This document shows positions 51,382 through 64,000 of a stretch of 64,000 bases of DNA, in pieces. Position 1 is the stretch's first letter. Each line of letters starts with the position of its first letter. The notes under the pieces are model-generated. The model was not told the origin of the DNA. It searched no databases and saw nothing but the letters and a program-made list of their open reading frames with translations. Position numbers and translations under genes: made by a program. The DNA is taken from NCBI GenBank assembly GCA_044892525.1, contig CM097888.1, forward strand, positions 17,608,001 to 17,672,000, given 5' to 3'. This DNA is from Schmidtea polychroa. Its lineage: Eukaryota.

Positions 51382-51499
51382 GACTTGTCCAATTTCTATA
51401 AGCCGAGGTTTCAGGTCGATTATTTTATATATATTATTTCTTTAATAAAAATTGTTATCGTTTATAACGGTTATTGTTAATTTTATTATATATTTTATT

Positions 51500-51660
51500 T
51501 GGGGTGTCATAATTTCTTAAATACACACGCACCCCGATTGTCCCGCCACAAGTTTTAACGGAGACTCTTTCTGGCTCATCAAATTTCTTAAATAATCTAT
51601 ACAAATTGGACACAAACTAAGAGTAAACATTTAACATAATATTAACCATAGTAAAATTAA
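51500..51660 (-). mobile_element. Gypsy protease-region relic inside the Tigger element
   Basis: EPERVSVKTCGGTIGVRVY. Shares TGTGGCGGGACAATCGGGGTG with 33979-33999. Confidence 0.6.
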
Positions 51661-53179
51661 GGATGTGTTCTACAATTATAGAAAACCGTGTAAAATAGAA
51701 AAAGGAACCATTAGTTGTTCTAAAAAACCGTGCAAAAAAATAGTAAATCTTGAAATCATATTATATAAGTTTTAGAAAATATAATCCATACATGTTTTTA
51801 TTAAAAATAGATAATAATAGTAATCTTAGTCCATAAGTAAAAAACAAATAAAATTTTAGTTCATAAATACATATAAATTAAATTCAAATCGGAAATATAA
51901 GTCTTATTTAGCAACTAATATTTATTATCACTACTTTATAATAGGCGTACACGTTTATTATAGACTGGCTAAAATTGCTTTAGTCACTTAGGTCTACCAA
52001 ATTTGATATTGGTTTTCTTGTGATAAAATCTGTTATAAGCGGCTGGGTTTTTGCTTTTTTAACTTCCTTATAAAGTTCTTGATAGCCAGCCATACAAACC
52101 TGTAAATTCCGTTGGAATTTTAATGCACGTTCCACGTTAGGATCATGAGTGAGAAAAAATTGTTCCATACTGGTACCAAATTTTAAGCCATCACGAATTA
52201 AATCAGAAGTTGGTTGATGCATTTCACCTTCTCATTAATACCATTAACTGTTATAGCTTCAATCAAGTCCTCATCATCTAAAGGGTTTTCAAGCATCAAC
52301 TCCTCTATATCCGCAACTTGCATATTTTCAAATCCCTCACCACCAATTTCGTGTGAAAGCGTTACAATTTCAGAACACACAACTGTATTTTGTATTAGAG
52401 AGTTACTAATTTTAACACTATCCAAACCACTAAACTTTTTCCATTTTCTCCGAGATAATATTTCGGCTATATGACGATGCTTTGGAACTGATGTTCGATT
52501 CAGAAATTACTGATCGTCGAATAGAATGGTTCTGATAGTCGCTTCACTTAAACTAAAATCTTTGCCAACAGATGTGGGACCTACGCCTCTCTCAAGACTG
52601 TCTAAGATTTTAATTTTAGTTTCCAAAGAAATCGCTTGTCGCTTCCGATTATTTTTCGTTGGTTTAGGCATCTTATTAATCGGCTATAATAAAAATTAAA
52701 ATAAAAACACTTAATAAAAAATTTTTAAATCTAAAAAAAATAACATTACCAGTTTATTAAAATTTCCTTATGTAAGTAAAACTTCTTAAAAATAATAAAT
52801 TCATGCAAAAAAAGAAGATTTGTTCCTTTTTTCTGGACCGTGTTATTTCAAAAGCGTGTAAAAAAAGACCGTGTAAAAAAAGAGTTGGGTGTATTTTTTC
52901 AAATATTAAAAAATTAATAAAAAAAGAATATCAAAACTATTAGGAAATCGTGGATATAATTTACAAAACATTTATAATTGTTTCAAAACGATCCAAAAGA
53001 ATAGCTGATGTCGAGAGTATTTCAAAAGAATAACTGATTTCAAAGGTGTTTCGAAAGAATCCTAACCGAAGACAATCAATTAAGGTCTTTCTTTTTGTTA
53101 CTTAATATAAGTTTAATAACGTTTTTCGTTAGTTGTATTTTATTGTTAACTTTAATTGTAATATTGTAATAAATCGTAT

Positions 53180-53330
53180 CCCGCAAAACATACAGACACC
53201 CGACTGTCCCGCCACACATTTTTTACAAGAGACGCTGTCGGGCTCTACACATCTTCTATACATAAATTAACAAGAAAACAATAATTTCCATAGTATAGTA
53301 AACACCATACTGGATTTATTTCCACCATTA
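53180..53330 (-). mobile_element. Gypsy protease-region relic (third copy)
   Basis: Colinear with 33830-34005 (TGTGGCGGGACAGTCGGGTG). Confidence 0.6.
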
Positions 53331-54673
53331 AAATACTATATTTTCAATAAATAATAAAGAGATTGCTTTTCGAGTCAAAATGATAAAATGTCTGCATTTG
53401 AAAGAAATATTTCTCTATAGGATAAAATACAAAATAATCATTGTTAAAATTTTATTATTATTTCTTTATTAAAGTAAAATTCCTCAAGGATTCTGATTTT
53501 GTTTTGCCGATTCTAAATTCGATTTCGAAGTTAAATGGAGTTTCTGTCTGTTAATTAATAAAAATAATAATAATTAATAATATAAAAATAAATTCTCATA
53601 CCTACTCTAATTTCCAAACCATGTTTTGATTCTGGGGAAGGAGAAATGATTTTTAATGAATGTTTCTATAAAAACAAAAAATAGATATTTTTCGACAGGC
53701 CAAATACAATTAAATGAAACAAGCCTGGGCAAACATTTTTTGAATGAGGTCAACATTAGCAATATAAAATGATCAGTAGGCCACTAAAAACTAGTTTTAA
53801 ATAAATTATTTATTATCATGAAAAAGAATTCTCAATATAAAAAATAATGTTTTCTAATAGTTAATATTTTATTAAGAATGAAATTATTTTACACTTTTAT
53901 AATGTTTCTAATTCGAACTTTTGCTGCGAACCAAATTTGAAACGAAGAATTAGATTTCAGGATGAAAAACAATCAAAGAATAATGTTGTTTATGTACAGA
54001 AAGATAAATATAGAGAAAAAATCGAGAACGATGTTAAGCAATTGAATCAAAAATTGAAAAATTTGATAGCAAAATTTGAATCAGATGAATAAACAAATGC
54101 TCATATGATGACGAGGCAAAAATTGAAGAAAGATGAATCAAAACTTGAAGATGTTACACGAAAAATAGTTAAAACTGATATGCAAAGTGAAAAGAGTACT
54201 ATAATTATCGCTAAGGCTAGAAAATTAGTAACAGAGCCTGGCGCAAACTCTCAGAAACTGACAGAAGTATTAATGAAGCTAACGAAAATACCGTTGAGTT
54301 TAACAAAACTTAAAACCGTTATTAAACTTTGTACAGAATGTTATGCAGCAAAAATGGAAAAGCGAAAGGTATTCGAAAACTTTATGAAAGAATTTGGGTC
54401 GAGTGTTGGAAGACGACGAATTTTTTGTAGATTGTGGATTGATTCCCTATGTTGAAAATGAGATACAAACAATAAATATGATTGCCAATCAGAAACCAGC
54501 AAAGATGATGTCGATAAAATTAAATTTGAATTAAATGAAGCATTGTTCAAGGAAAATACAGGTGATATTAATAATAAATTAAAAATCTTAGATTATGTCA
54601 GACCTTGTGTGAATTCTAAAAATGAATATAGTGAAATAATAAAAACGCTTATTCGAAAATTTGGACAAGAATT

Positions 54674-54816
54674 NNNNNNNNNNNNNNNNNNNNNNNNNNN
54701 NNNNNNNNNNNNNNNNNNNNNNNNNNNNNNNNNNNNNNNNNNNNNNNNNNNNNNNNNNNNNNNNNNNNNNNNNNNNNNNNNNNNNNNNNNNNNNNNNNNN
54801 NNNNNNNNNNNNNNNN
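54674..54816. other. assembly gap (N run)
   Basis: 143 Ns. Confidence 1.
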
Positions 54817-54835
54817 AAAAATAAATGATCAAAGA

Positions 54836-55075
54836 GTGGAATGTACCAACGAGCATTGGTATACGAAAGTGAGTAAAATAAGACGGAGAGCAGCAGAAAT
54901 TATGGGCAATGATGGAATAATTGTATTGGCATACAAAGGTTTTGAGTTAGATGATGATGAGTATTTATTTGATTGTGGCTGTGTACCACGAAAGCTCGAT
55001 GAAAATGGCTTTTTGACGAATGAGGAACCGTCTCAAATTTGTATTAATGATATGAGGAAGTTGAAAGATTCTTAA
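54836..55075 (+). other. ubiquitin-like domain coding fragment
   Basis: IVLAYKGFELDDDEYLFDCG resembles the UBL signature LI(F/Y)xGKxLEDxxxLxDY. The 5' part is lost in the gap. Confidence 0.4.
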
Positions 55076-55244
55076 AGATTAATTAGAAATTTTGTTAAAA
55101 TTTAAAATATTTTAAAAAGAAGAACGAAATTTATCATTTTTAAAAAATATTTTTATCAAAAAATATTTTAAGAAAAATGAAATTTGTTTAAATAACAAAT
55201 TTAAGAGACAAGTTTTTGAGTATATAATTTATTAAATAAAATTT

Positions 55245-57020
55245 ATGGAATTATTTAGTGATTTGAAAACGGATGTTCTCTCGGATGAGAATTCTAATAT
55301 GATGGCAGCGGTAAACACCGACGCGATTACCGAAAGATTATTACCAAAGGTGTTCTGTCAAGGTGATGACTTGGAAAGATTCATCAGAAGATCCGAGATT
55401 TATTTCGATGCTAAAGGCATCAATAAAAAAGAACAGGAAAGATTAACTGCATGCATGATCGACGAGGATCTATTGGAGAAATATGCGAAGACAGTTAAAA
55501 AAGCAGAAGGATTTCAACCCAGGTTACGAATGGTATTTGATTACGAAAGAGACGTAATATAGGATATGGAAAGTTTATTGAATTACAAAAGAAGAGGCGA
55601 AGAGATTGAAACATATTTTAAAAAAAGGAGGTCCTTGTTGACAGGTTGTTTGAGAATAAAGAATTTACCAAAGAGAAAATAACAGCAAAGATGTTGATAG
55701 TATGTGCTGAGAATAAAGAAGTTGAGAAAGAAGTAATATTGTGGAAGATAAAAAGCACGGAAGAGATAGAGGAAACATTATTTCTGATGGATAAAGTTGA
55801 CAGGCTGAGAGATCAGATCTACGCTATGAAAAGTTATGCAAAAGTGGTCTATCAGGATCCACAGAGAAGATGAAAGAGAAGAAATCAGGTGACGAGAAGA
55901 ACCAGAGTGCTGGCTATGCCACAAAATAGGCCACACGAAAATAGACTGTCCAGTAAGAAGTAAAATAGAGTGTTGGGCGTGTCACAGAAGCGGACATATA
56001 AGTAGGAATCGTGCAGATAAGAAAGTGCCAAAATGTTTTGGTTGTGGGAAAGAAAGTCATATAAGAAGGTTATGTCAAGAAATACGGTGTAAAAGATGCA
56101 ACAGAAATTGTCATAGATCTGAAGAATGTTATACAAAGTCGAGTTACAACGATAGAGAAACAAAGACAGACTGGAAACAGATACAGCCGGATTAATGGAA
56201 TCGAAGAAGAAGAGGAAATGGAATCGTGCGTAGAGACAAATGAAGATAATTTTAGTAGGACGTACCCAAACAACAGGGCTCCACCAGTAGAGGAGTTGGT
56301 TGGAGTCATGTACTAACAGAAAAGTTGATGGGATATCCTCAAGGGGAAGAAAAGTAGGAGAATGTAGGAAAACTAAGTGAGAAAGTATACAGGTTCATAA
56401 GGAGAGAAAAGTTTGAAGATGTAGTGGAAAGAATTGGAACAATTGAAATGGGGCAGGAGGTAGAAATTGTATATAACAAACTACAGGGAAGACCTAGTGT
56501 AACAATAATGATCAATGGGGAAATTTTGGACTGTTTATTGGATACAGGAGTACGAATAAAGTAATGAGTGTAATGTAATAAAGTAATAAAGTAATGAGGA
56601 CAACAATTGATGAGAAGCGACGATAAGTTACGATGTGCAAACGAAAGTACGATAGAGACAATTGGAAGAACAAAGGTTAAAGTAACTATCGGAGATATTT
56701 CCAAGGAAGTTAGATTCATTGTGGCGGAGAAAGTGACACCAGAGGTGATTGGAGTCGTAGAATTAGAAGAAACATTTGGATATAGGCTTGCAAAAAAGAA
56801 AGATATCGAATCTAGTTAAAAAGAGAAGAACTATATTTGTAACATTGAAGCAAAATTCGGCAGACAAATATAGAATGGAGAAAGATTGACGCGAGCGTTG
56901 GAACATCTAAAGATTGATGAGGATAGTAAATTAAAGGAAATAATAACGAACAGTGGAAACGTGTTTATGGCGGATAAATGGGATGTGGGTTCGCACGCAT
57001 TTAGTAAAACATAAGATAAC
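55245..57020 (+). mobile_element. Gypsy gag-protease relic
   Basis: CQGDDLERFI gag start, decayed CCHC knuckles at 55900-56080, protease INGEILDCLLDTG, and GRTHLVKHKIT just before the truncation. Confidence 0.8.
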
Positions 57021-57238
57021 CAAAAAGCTAATAAAGAAAAAGATTTTAATAATTTTTTCACAAAAATTAGAAGACAAGTTAGTGTCACTGTTATTTTTAT
57101 AACTCAAAATCTTTTTCATCAGGGTAGTGCAGATCGAAGACGTAATTTGAATGTTCAACATTTAGTTGTTTTCAAAAATCCTAGAGATACAACTGTTATT
57201 GATTTTCTTGCAAGACAGGTATATCCGAATAATCGTAA
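57021..57238 (+). pseudogene. Polinton/Maverick A32-like packaging ATPase fragment
   Basis: FFTKIRRQVSVTVIFITQNLFHQG...NLNVQHLVVFKNPRDTTVIDFLARQVYP matches the recalled Polinton ATPase consensus (ITQNLF...VLFKNPRD...LARQMYP). Confidence 0.8.
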
Positions 57239-57239
57239 T

Positions 57240-58315
57240 TTGGAAGAGAATCATTCACAGCGCATCCTCATTCGAGAGCAATCGCGGGCGCTTCACCAAA
57301 TTTAAACCCACTCGGAACTCAAAAATTGTATCGCCGTATGTCCTGCTACAGACCAAGGAAATATCTTCCCCAGTCACCATTTGACTGAAGGCCCGAGTTC
57401 ACCGAAGCGATCTACATGTCGAGGGCATGGAAACAGTGCGGTGACGTCGCTCATTCCAGAGGTAATCTACGTTGGCACTAGTGTGGCCCCAGTTACCTCC
57501 GCGGCGCATATCTTGGTCCTAGCTCCACCCAACACCTCCGAAAAACTGAAACATAAATCTCGCATGTGGGCATAATTGACTCCGCGTCGACGCGAGAAAC
57601 AGACACAGTCAGAAGCCGCTCTTGCTGCATCTCATGCCAAAGCAGCAGCCGATCTAGTCGTTGCAATTCAATCTTCAAACCGACCGTCGTACCGAATAGT
57701 ATCTGCCGCCGGTTCGGGAGGGACGGAGGAAGGGCAAGTGGACTTTGTCCTCGAATAGCTATTGCGGGAGGCCAAACTGATGCGTTTTCGGAGTCGTCCA
57801 TCCAAAATCCAACCTAACGATCTCATTTCTCCTTCAACTCCACTCGTCCGTAGGATGAATTAACTCTGTTGATTTACATTCGTATGATTTGCATGGCCTG
57901 GATTGATAGTCTTTAATGAATAAAAATATATGTTTGCTATCGAACGTTGTTACTTGAATGTGTATAGTTGTATCTTCTCTGAGTGCGGTTCAGGATGGAT
58001 GACAGTTGATTGATTTAAATGAGTCACGCAGTCAAACTTTGATTTACGTTCTCCAACAAGGACCAGTTGGATGGTAATAGTTCTGATTAGTAAGAGGTAA
58101 GACCTTCTATCGGCACTCTAGAACCCTTATAGGAGTACGATAGGGGAGTAGTTGTAATGCAGGGCACTTTGTCGTATGATTGCATTGTTATGTGAGTATC
58201 TATAACGGTTGACTGTGAAATGCTGAGTATGATGACTAAAGAATAAGACGACCTGCGCATGCCACTTTCATAGACTGCCTAAATGATGTATGTCAACTTG
58301 AAGGGAACTCCAAAA
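57240..58315 (+). mobile_element. 5'-truncated orphan-ORF element (copy B) with pseudogene 57240-57863
   Basis: One frame with 3 stops: QRILIREQSRALHQI*...NIFPSHH...RIVSAAG...FVLE*LL. The motif CCTTCTATCGGCACTC is at 58103-58118 and a degenerate terminus CTCCAAAA at 58315. Confidence 0.75.
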
Positions 58316-58644
58316 ATATTATATAAAAAATATTATGCCTTTTTAACAATAAAAATTTATGAAATAATAAAATAATAATATAAATTAATATGAAGTAATA
58401 AAGTTTATTTCTAACTTCATATCTATAGTTTCAAGATTCAAAATTACAGTTTATTAAAATTTTAAGTAATTAATATAAATTTTTTATTAAATAATTTTTA
58501 TTATATTTTTATATGAATTTATTTTTATTTATTTATAAGATTTTTGAATTTGATTACTTCAAAGTTGTCATTTATATTCAATTCGTTTGTTTTAATAATT
58601 TTAAAATATTGTTATATTTAAATTTTTCATTAATAATTTTTAAA

Positions 58645-59505
58645 ATGTCTCTTATTGAAATTTGTGGATTAAACGAGTCAACATTTAAAAAATCTGATGA
58701 CATTTTTGATGATGCTCATTTGGAAATAAAAGAACTTAACCTTTACGAACCACCTCGCAGTGAAAAGGTTAATTTTCGTTTTATTTGTTTTCAATTTATG
58801 AATTTTTAGAATCAATTTACTAATATTAAACATGGTATGCGTATTGGAAATACCGAAATTAATTTCGCCCATGGTACTACTACGCTTGCATTTAAATATG
58901 GTAAAGGTGTCATTGTCGCTGTTGATTCTCGTGCTTCAATGGGATCGTATATTGCTTCTCAAACTGTCCGAAAAGTAATTGAAATAACTCCTTACCTTTT
59001 GGGTACTATGGCTGGTGGTGCAGCTGATTGTATGTTTTGGCTAAGAGTATTAGCTAAACATTGTAGATTATATGAACTGAGACATAAAGAAAGAATGAGT
59101 GTTGCTGCTGCGTCAAAGTTGCTGGTTAACATTATTAACCAATACAAAGGATATGGATTAAGTATGGGAACTATGATAATTGGATATGACAAAATGGGGC
59201 CCGGTCTATTTTATGTTGACGATGAAGGGACCAGAATGGTAGGAAATATGTTTTCATGTGGATCTGGCAGCACATATGCTTATGGTGTATTAGACACTTA
59301 TTACAAATTCGATATGACGAATGAAGAAGCTTATGATTTGGCACAAAGAGCAATCTACGGAGCGACACACAGAGATGGTGCATCAGGTGGAGTTTGCAAT
59401 TTATATCACATGAAAGAAACAGGATGGGAATTTATATGTCAAACTGATGTTTCTTTGCTACATTACAAATACCAAGAGGAAAAAGCAAACATAAATCCCA
59501 TTTGA
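58645..59505 (+). CDS. PSMB5: proteasome subunit beta 5, exons 58645-58767 and 58810-59505, 272 aa
   Basis: Propeptide, then [10 protein letters not shown]...[24 protein letters not shown] and [11 protein letters not shown] 42-nt phase-0 intron. Confidence 0.97.
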
Positions 59506-60489
59506 TTTTAAAAACTTGTTTATCTTGTTGGTTTGAATAAATATTACAATTTTATTAGAATAGTTAAATTATAACGGCCATTTTATATTTGACAATAATT
59601 TTATAATTAAATGTTACTGAAATTTTATTATTCCGAAAACATATTTTTTTTAAATCAACAATTACTGCAGCGATTTTCAATTTTATGTTGATTTACATTA
59701 GTCATTCCCAAAGTTGTCCATATTTCCCACCCGGTGGAAAAATGGGGAGTTACATGATGTAAATGTGGGTTCACAAAAGTAGATTCCATAACTGGAATTC
59801 GAAAAATCGAACATTATTTCCTTTTACGTGTTCACTCTGTTTTCTTCCGCGCCTTTATGGAACTAATATTTAAACAGCATTTCTGATTGAAGAAATCCAC
59901 AAATTTTTATGAAAATATCAAAAGAATTGTTTAAATTAAAGATTTATTACTAGTAAAGGTGTTGCTTTTGGTCTATTTCATCGAAAATAAATTTTTTGTT
60001 TGACGGGACAAAATAAGACACATTAATATATATTGCTTTGAAATCTGACAATTGTAGAATTTTTTTTCATCCTCAACCTACCGCTTGTATGTCCTGACTT
60101 AAGTGTAAGCACTTTAGAAATGAATCAATTTTTTCCTATGCCATTTTGCTTGCCTGAGCGTGGAAATCACTACCATTGAAAAACGTAAACCATAACAGCA
60201 AACAAAGATCTAGGTAGCATTAAACATGATTTTGTTTATTATTTTCATTTTATAAGGTAACTAGTTCAACTAATTTAAAAAGGCACACCAATAAGCTGGG
60301 CCTGTAGTGCAAAATAACTTACAGATTGGTGGGTTACAGGTGGCCAAAATTTTACCACTTAGTACTATTTCAGCGTAACCCTGAAAAGAATATGATTTTA
60401 TCAAGTAACACCCGTGTAGCGAACAACGTTAGTACTGTGTCAAGTGGGTGAATGCCTCCGAAAAGTTAGCACATCTTCATGCACTTTAA

Positions 60490-61510
60490 TAGTTAGACAT
60501 TCAGTCAGGTTTTCAGACTACCATTAAAAGGTTTCGTGTTCAACGTCTGGTCCTGTCATAATTATTATCCTTTGGGACCCAAAGATTAATTAAAACCCAA
60601 GGTGGATCAAGAAATACAGATTTTATTATTAAAAACTCGCGATTCGGGTCTCCTTTATTGCATTTCTCCGACCAATCTCCTTGAGGCTATAATTGTACCA
60701 AGCGGTCGTTAGAGCCTGCCTTCAAGCAACTCTAGTGGGAGCAGTGGCTTTATTCGCGCTGATATCTTATCGTTAATTTCCTGCTGAGCCTGCCCTACTT
60801 CCAACTAGCGAATTCGGTATTTGAGCATTCTAATTTCCATGTTATTGTTCACTGCCTGTTCTTGTTAACTCGTAATTGACTGTATTTTTGGCTTCATGGT
60901 TTCGGGGGCGAACTTTTTCGCCTCTACTTCCTAATATCGGTTTTTGAATTTGTCGGCATGATTCCGCAGTAACTTCATCATCGCCGGGTGGCCCTCAACT
61001 CTAGCCGGAATGTTTCGGCAATTCTCAACTGAATAACAAACCCAATTCAATGCATACGTCGTGATCACCCTTTAATAAACTCCGATTAAAAAGATAAATT
61101 TTCATTCCCGAAAGTATTGGTAGTTGAAGTTTGGATTTTCCCGTTTCCATAAATTTCTTCACCGACTCTCACCCTCATAATATTTCTCATTAAGCGCAAT
61201 CAAACGATACCCATTCAGCATCGATTTGTCGCAAAACAACTTACAAAACAAAAGAATAAGTAGAACCAATCTTACGATATAAGTCAAGACAACACAATGG
61301 AACAAAACAATGTTTGTAATAACACTGATGTTAAGTGACTCCGTGGCCTCATATGAGATATCCGGGGTTTCAAGCATTTTCTTCTTTTCGAAGTTCTGGT
61401 CAATCTTAGGTGTCACTCCGGTTACCATGTAGCCGCCTGGTTAGATTGACAAGCTGGGTGGGGAGTGATTCTAGTTCCCACGCTCACCTTTTGCTTGAGA
61501 GGTGAAATCG
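60490..61510 (-). mobile_element. probable orphan-ORF element (copy D) with decayed coiled-coil ORF 60981-60655
   Basis: Acceptor TTTGTTATTCAG/TTGAGAATT, then MMKLLRNHADKFKNRY*EVEAK... in one frame with 4 stops. Degenerate motif GACTACCATTAAAAGG (60516-60531, 12/16). CTCACCTTTTGCTTGA is shared with 9271-9288. Confidence 0.45.
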
Positions 61511-61899
61511 AAATTCTAATTCACGATGACTTTAGTATGATAATCTAAAAGACATTTCAATCCAAGTTAATGTATCTTTGAGAACGATTTGGCAGAATCT
61601 ACGCTGACAATTTCATTATTATTAGAATATATAATATTATTAGAATTAATAATACATAATTCCTTAACAATATCCTTATGACAGAAAACATTAATAAAGT
61701 CACATGCCATTTTACAAAACATTTATTTAATTACAATATTTATACATTATACTTCCATGATTATTTTTTGATGTTTAAATTGCTTGCATCAATTAATAAC
61801 TAAAAGTGTTTAATTTTGCCATTTTGTTTGATTTTTGATTATTTTGAGTAAATTTAAACAATTAATTAAATTTGGAAGATTGCTTTATAAAGAGTCAGT

Positions 61900-62620
61900 C
61901 TTATTAAATTCGAGAGTTAACAAACTTAAATCAAGCAAGATGACTTGACCAAAGAGAATTATAGTTATAGAACAATTTGAAACTTGAATCTGAATTTGAT
62001 TGAAATATAAACTTAATGCAACTGTATCAAGTAAATAACTGTTTAATATGGAGAACTCCAATATAGTATGTTAACGTAATCGCAGATGATTTGACAGAAG
62101 GTACTAATCATAATCTCGTATTTTTGAATTATTTGAAACTCGTTTTCCGAGAAAGTTTAACATAAAAGTCCAAACTAGACGGCAAGGCCAAGACACCTTC
62201 TACGGTAGCCCATGAACCCATTGGCTTGTTAGATTTTCAGCAGTCCGTGATAGGGCTAACCTTTGTCTGATAATCAACCGCTAAATCGTAGTACCAATGT
62301 CGCTTGCGACCAGATGAGGGTTCCAGAAGTGAAAGAGTTTCCCCACATATTTAATCCAAATGTTGACCATAAACTCTACAGCTATGGTCAAATCTCTTTG
62401 GAGTGAAAATTGTTAATAATTCCATTGCTTGACATTACCATAAAGGTGTCATATATCAAACTAAAATTGGACAAACTTAAATGTCCAATTAAATTTAAAT
62501 AGACAACAAATACTTTTAAAATTACCCTAGTGACGAGTTTACTTTAAAATTGAAATTTGTAAATAACATCTAACTCCTTTTCAACACATTATCTAGTAAT
62601 TTGATAAATGCCGATACATT
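61900..62620 (+). mobile_element. highly degenerate Penelope-like RT relic
   Basis: Remnants resembling GVAMGSPLG (ACGGTAGCCCATGAACCCATTGG) and IPLLDI. Many indels. Confidence 0.3.
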
Positions 62621-63302
62621 CCGCAATAGGCTATTGAGAAAAGAAATTATCACTACTGACAAATCTATCAAATTTCATAATTACAGTAAACATTTCAGAT
62701 AAATTTGAACTTTCACTAATGTCAATTTTAATAATCCTACTAAATTACTAATCACCTAATATATTAGATACTTCGATAAATAAAAAATTTAACATAAATA
62801 ATTTAGAAATTTATTTTCCATAAATCAGTATTATGCAGTTAACAACTTAAACATTCAAAAAATTATAAATTCATTTCTGCTTTAAACTAATTTAAATGAT
62901 TTGAATTAATTTTGTTTAATAAAATAAATTAGCACTTAGATATTAAAATTTCATAATTTTCGGATTTTCGAAGTCTAGAATCTACCGACAACAAATAAAA
63001 TGATTTCTGAAAATTGAAACAATGGATAAAGAATATTGATTGAAGTTAAATACGGTATCCGTTTTAGATATTGTGTCAGTGTGTAAAAATGGCGTGTGTA
63101 ATACTGAGTCATAAATTTGCCTTCATTTAATTGGCTATTTATTTGTGTATACATGTACTTCGAGATAAAACAAGCTAGTATGTATATAGAAAATTTTTAA
63201 TCATTAATTCATTAGGTTATTTCATTGGTTACTGTTGTAGAGCCTCAATTTTTCATTCCTAACGATTTATTCATTTTGGAGCATAATTTTTTAAGGATTA
63301 TT

Positions 63303-64000
63303 ATGTATCAAGTAAGTACATTATTAAATTTTGTATTCCTTAATTTATAAATTTTTAATTTTCAATTATATCAAATTTTTACATATGTAATTTAATAAAA
63401 TTTATTTAAGGACGATTATCATAATTCTTACAATTCTGATGCTGATACCACCCATGGTTCTATAAATTTTCATACAGAATCAACTAGTCAAGTGAATAGA
63501 TTGGAAGATGGAACAATCGAAATCACCGATACTTTGCCGAAAAAAGATTATTACATGAGCTTACGAAAAAGCGATAACCGCTTAGGTGGAAGTATGAGCA
63601 GAATTGGAGGTGGTTCAAATGTGGGTTTTGGTACAATGACGGGAACATTAAGATCTGGATATAATGCAAAATCTCAAAGCATCTTGGATTTTAAACCTTC
63701 AGGGAAATTAATGGAATGTTTAGTTATTATGCTTGATGGAACAGAAGAAGTGTTTACTATTGATGTAAGTAATATAGAAATATTTTAAAAAAATATCTTA
63801 TAAAAAATTTAGAGAGCGTCTTTTGGACAACATTTGTTTGACGCTGTATGTGATCATTTAGAATTAAACGAACGTGAATATTTTGGAATTTCTTATAAAG
63901 ATAGGAGTAAAGTTTGGGTTAGTTTAATGTAAATCATATGTTTAACATTTTCGTGATAAATTTTCTAGTTTTGGTTGGATTTGGCCAAGAAAATTACAAA
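63303..64000 (+). CDS. band 4.1-family FERM-domain gene, 5' part (exons 63303-63311, 63411-63764, 63813-63917, 63969-end)
   Basis: CLVIMLDGTEEVFTID-RASFGQHLFDAVCDHLELNEREYFGISY...WFWLDLAKKIT is a FERM F1 lobe. All introns are GT-AG and phase 0. The gene runs off the window. Confidence 0.9.

Larger units (their letters stand above)
50897..52891 (-). mobile_element. Tigger/pogo (Tc1-mariner) element, internally deleted
   Basis: TIRs CACCCAACTCTTTTTTTAC(T/A)CGGT with a TA TSD. CENP-B/psq HTH MPKPTKNNRKRQAISLETKIKIL at 52671. TIGD1-like C-terminus HDPNVERALKFQR...YQELY. Confidence 0.9.

Noticed and set aside
53440-53790. Small spliced minus-strand gene suggested by a GTATGAG donor and polypyrimidine acceptors
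   Set aside because: No consistent long reading frame or homology could be built by hand.

Overview
AT-rich, compact invertebrate-metazoan genomic scaffold with short GT-AG introns (mostly 39-59 nt) and three N gaps (477-689, 7611-7749, 54674-54816). The style would fit a reduced parasite genome such as an orthonectid, but the species cannot be established from the sequence. Five intact host genes can be reconstructed: an HMX/Nkx5 homeobox gene (minus, 2 exons), a VWA+Cache alpha2delta/CACHD1-family gene (2 exons), midasin MDN1 (14 exons, 4672 aa), proteasome beta5 PSMB5 (2 exons) and the 5' part of a band 4.1-type FERM gene. The intergenic DNA is a patchwork of nested mobile-element relics: several hAT elements, a Tigger/pogo element, a piggyBac-like MITE, Gypsy LTR/gag/pro/int pieces, Penelope elements (one with a minimal hammerhead ribozyme) and a Polinton/Maverick ATPase fragment. 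It also holds scrambled host-gene fragments (eIF3a, and RACK1 carrying a circularly permuted PRP19 insert). The best candidate for an undescribed system is a 3.9-kb TG...CA insertion with a 4-bp target-site duplication, no direct LTR pair and no pol. It carries an intact orphan 246-aa ORF. One clear diverged homolog (57.2-58.3 kb) and two probable ones (8.1-9.6 kb, 60.5-61.5 kb) share a 16-nt downstream motif (degenerate in the last), and the non-truncated copies have a splice acceptor shortly before the ATG.
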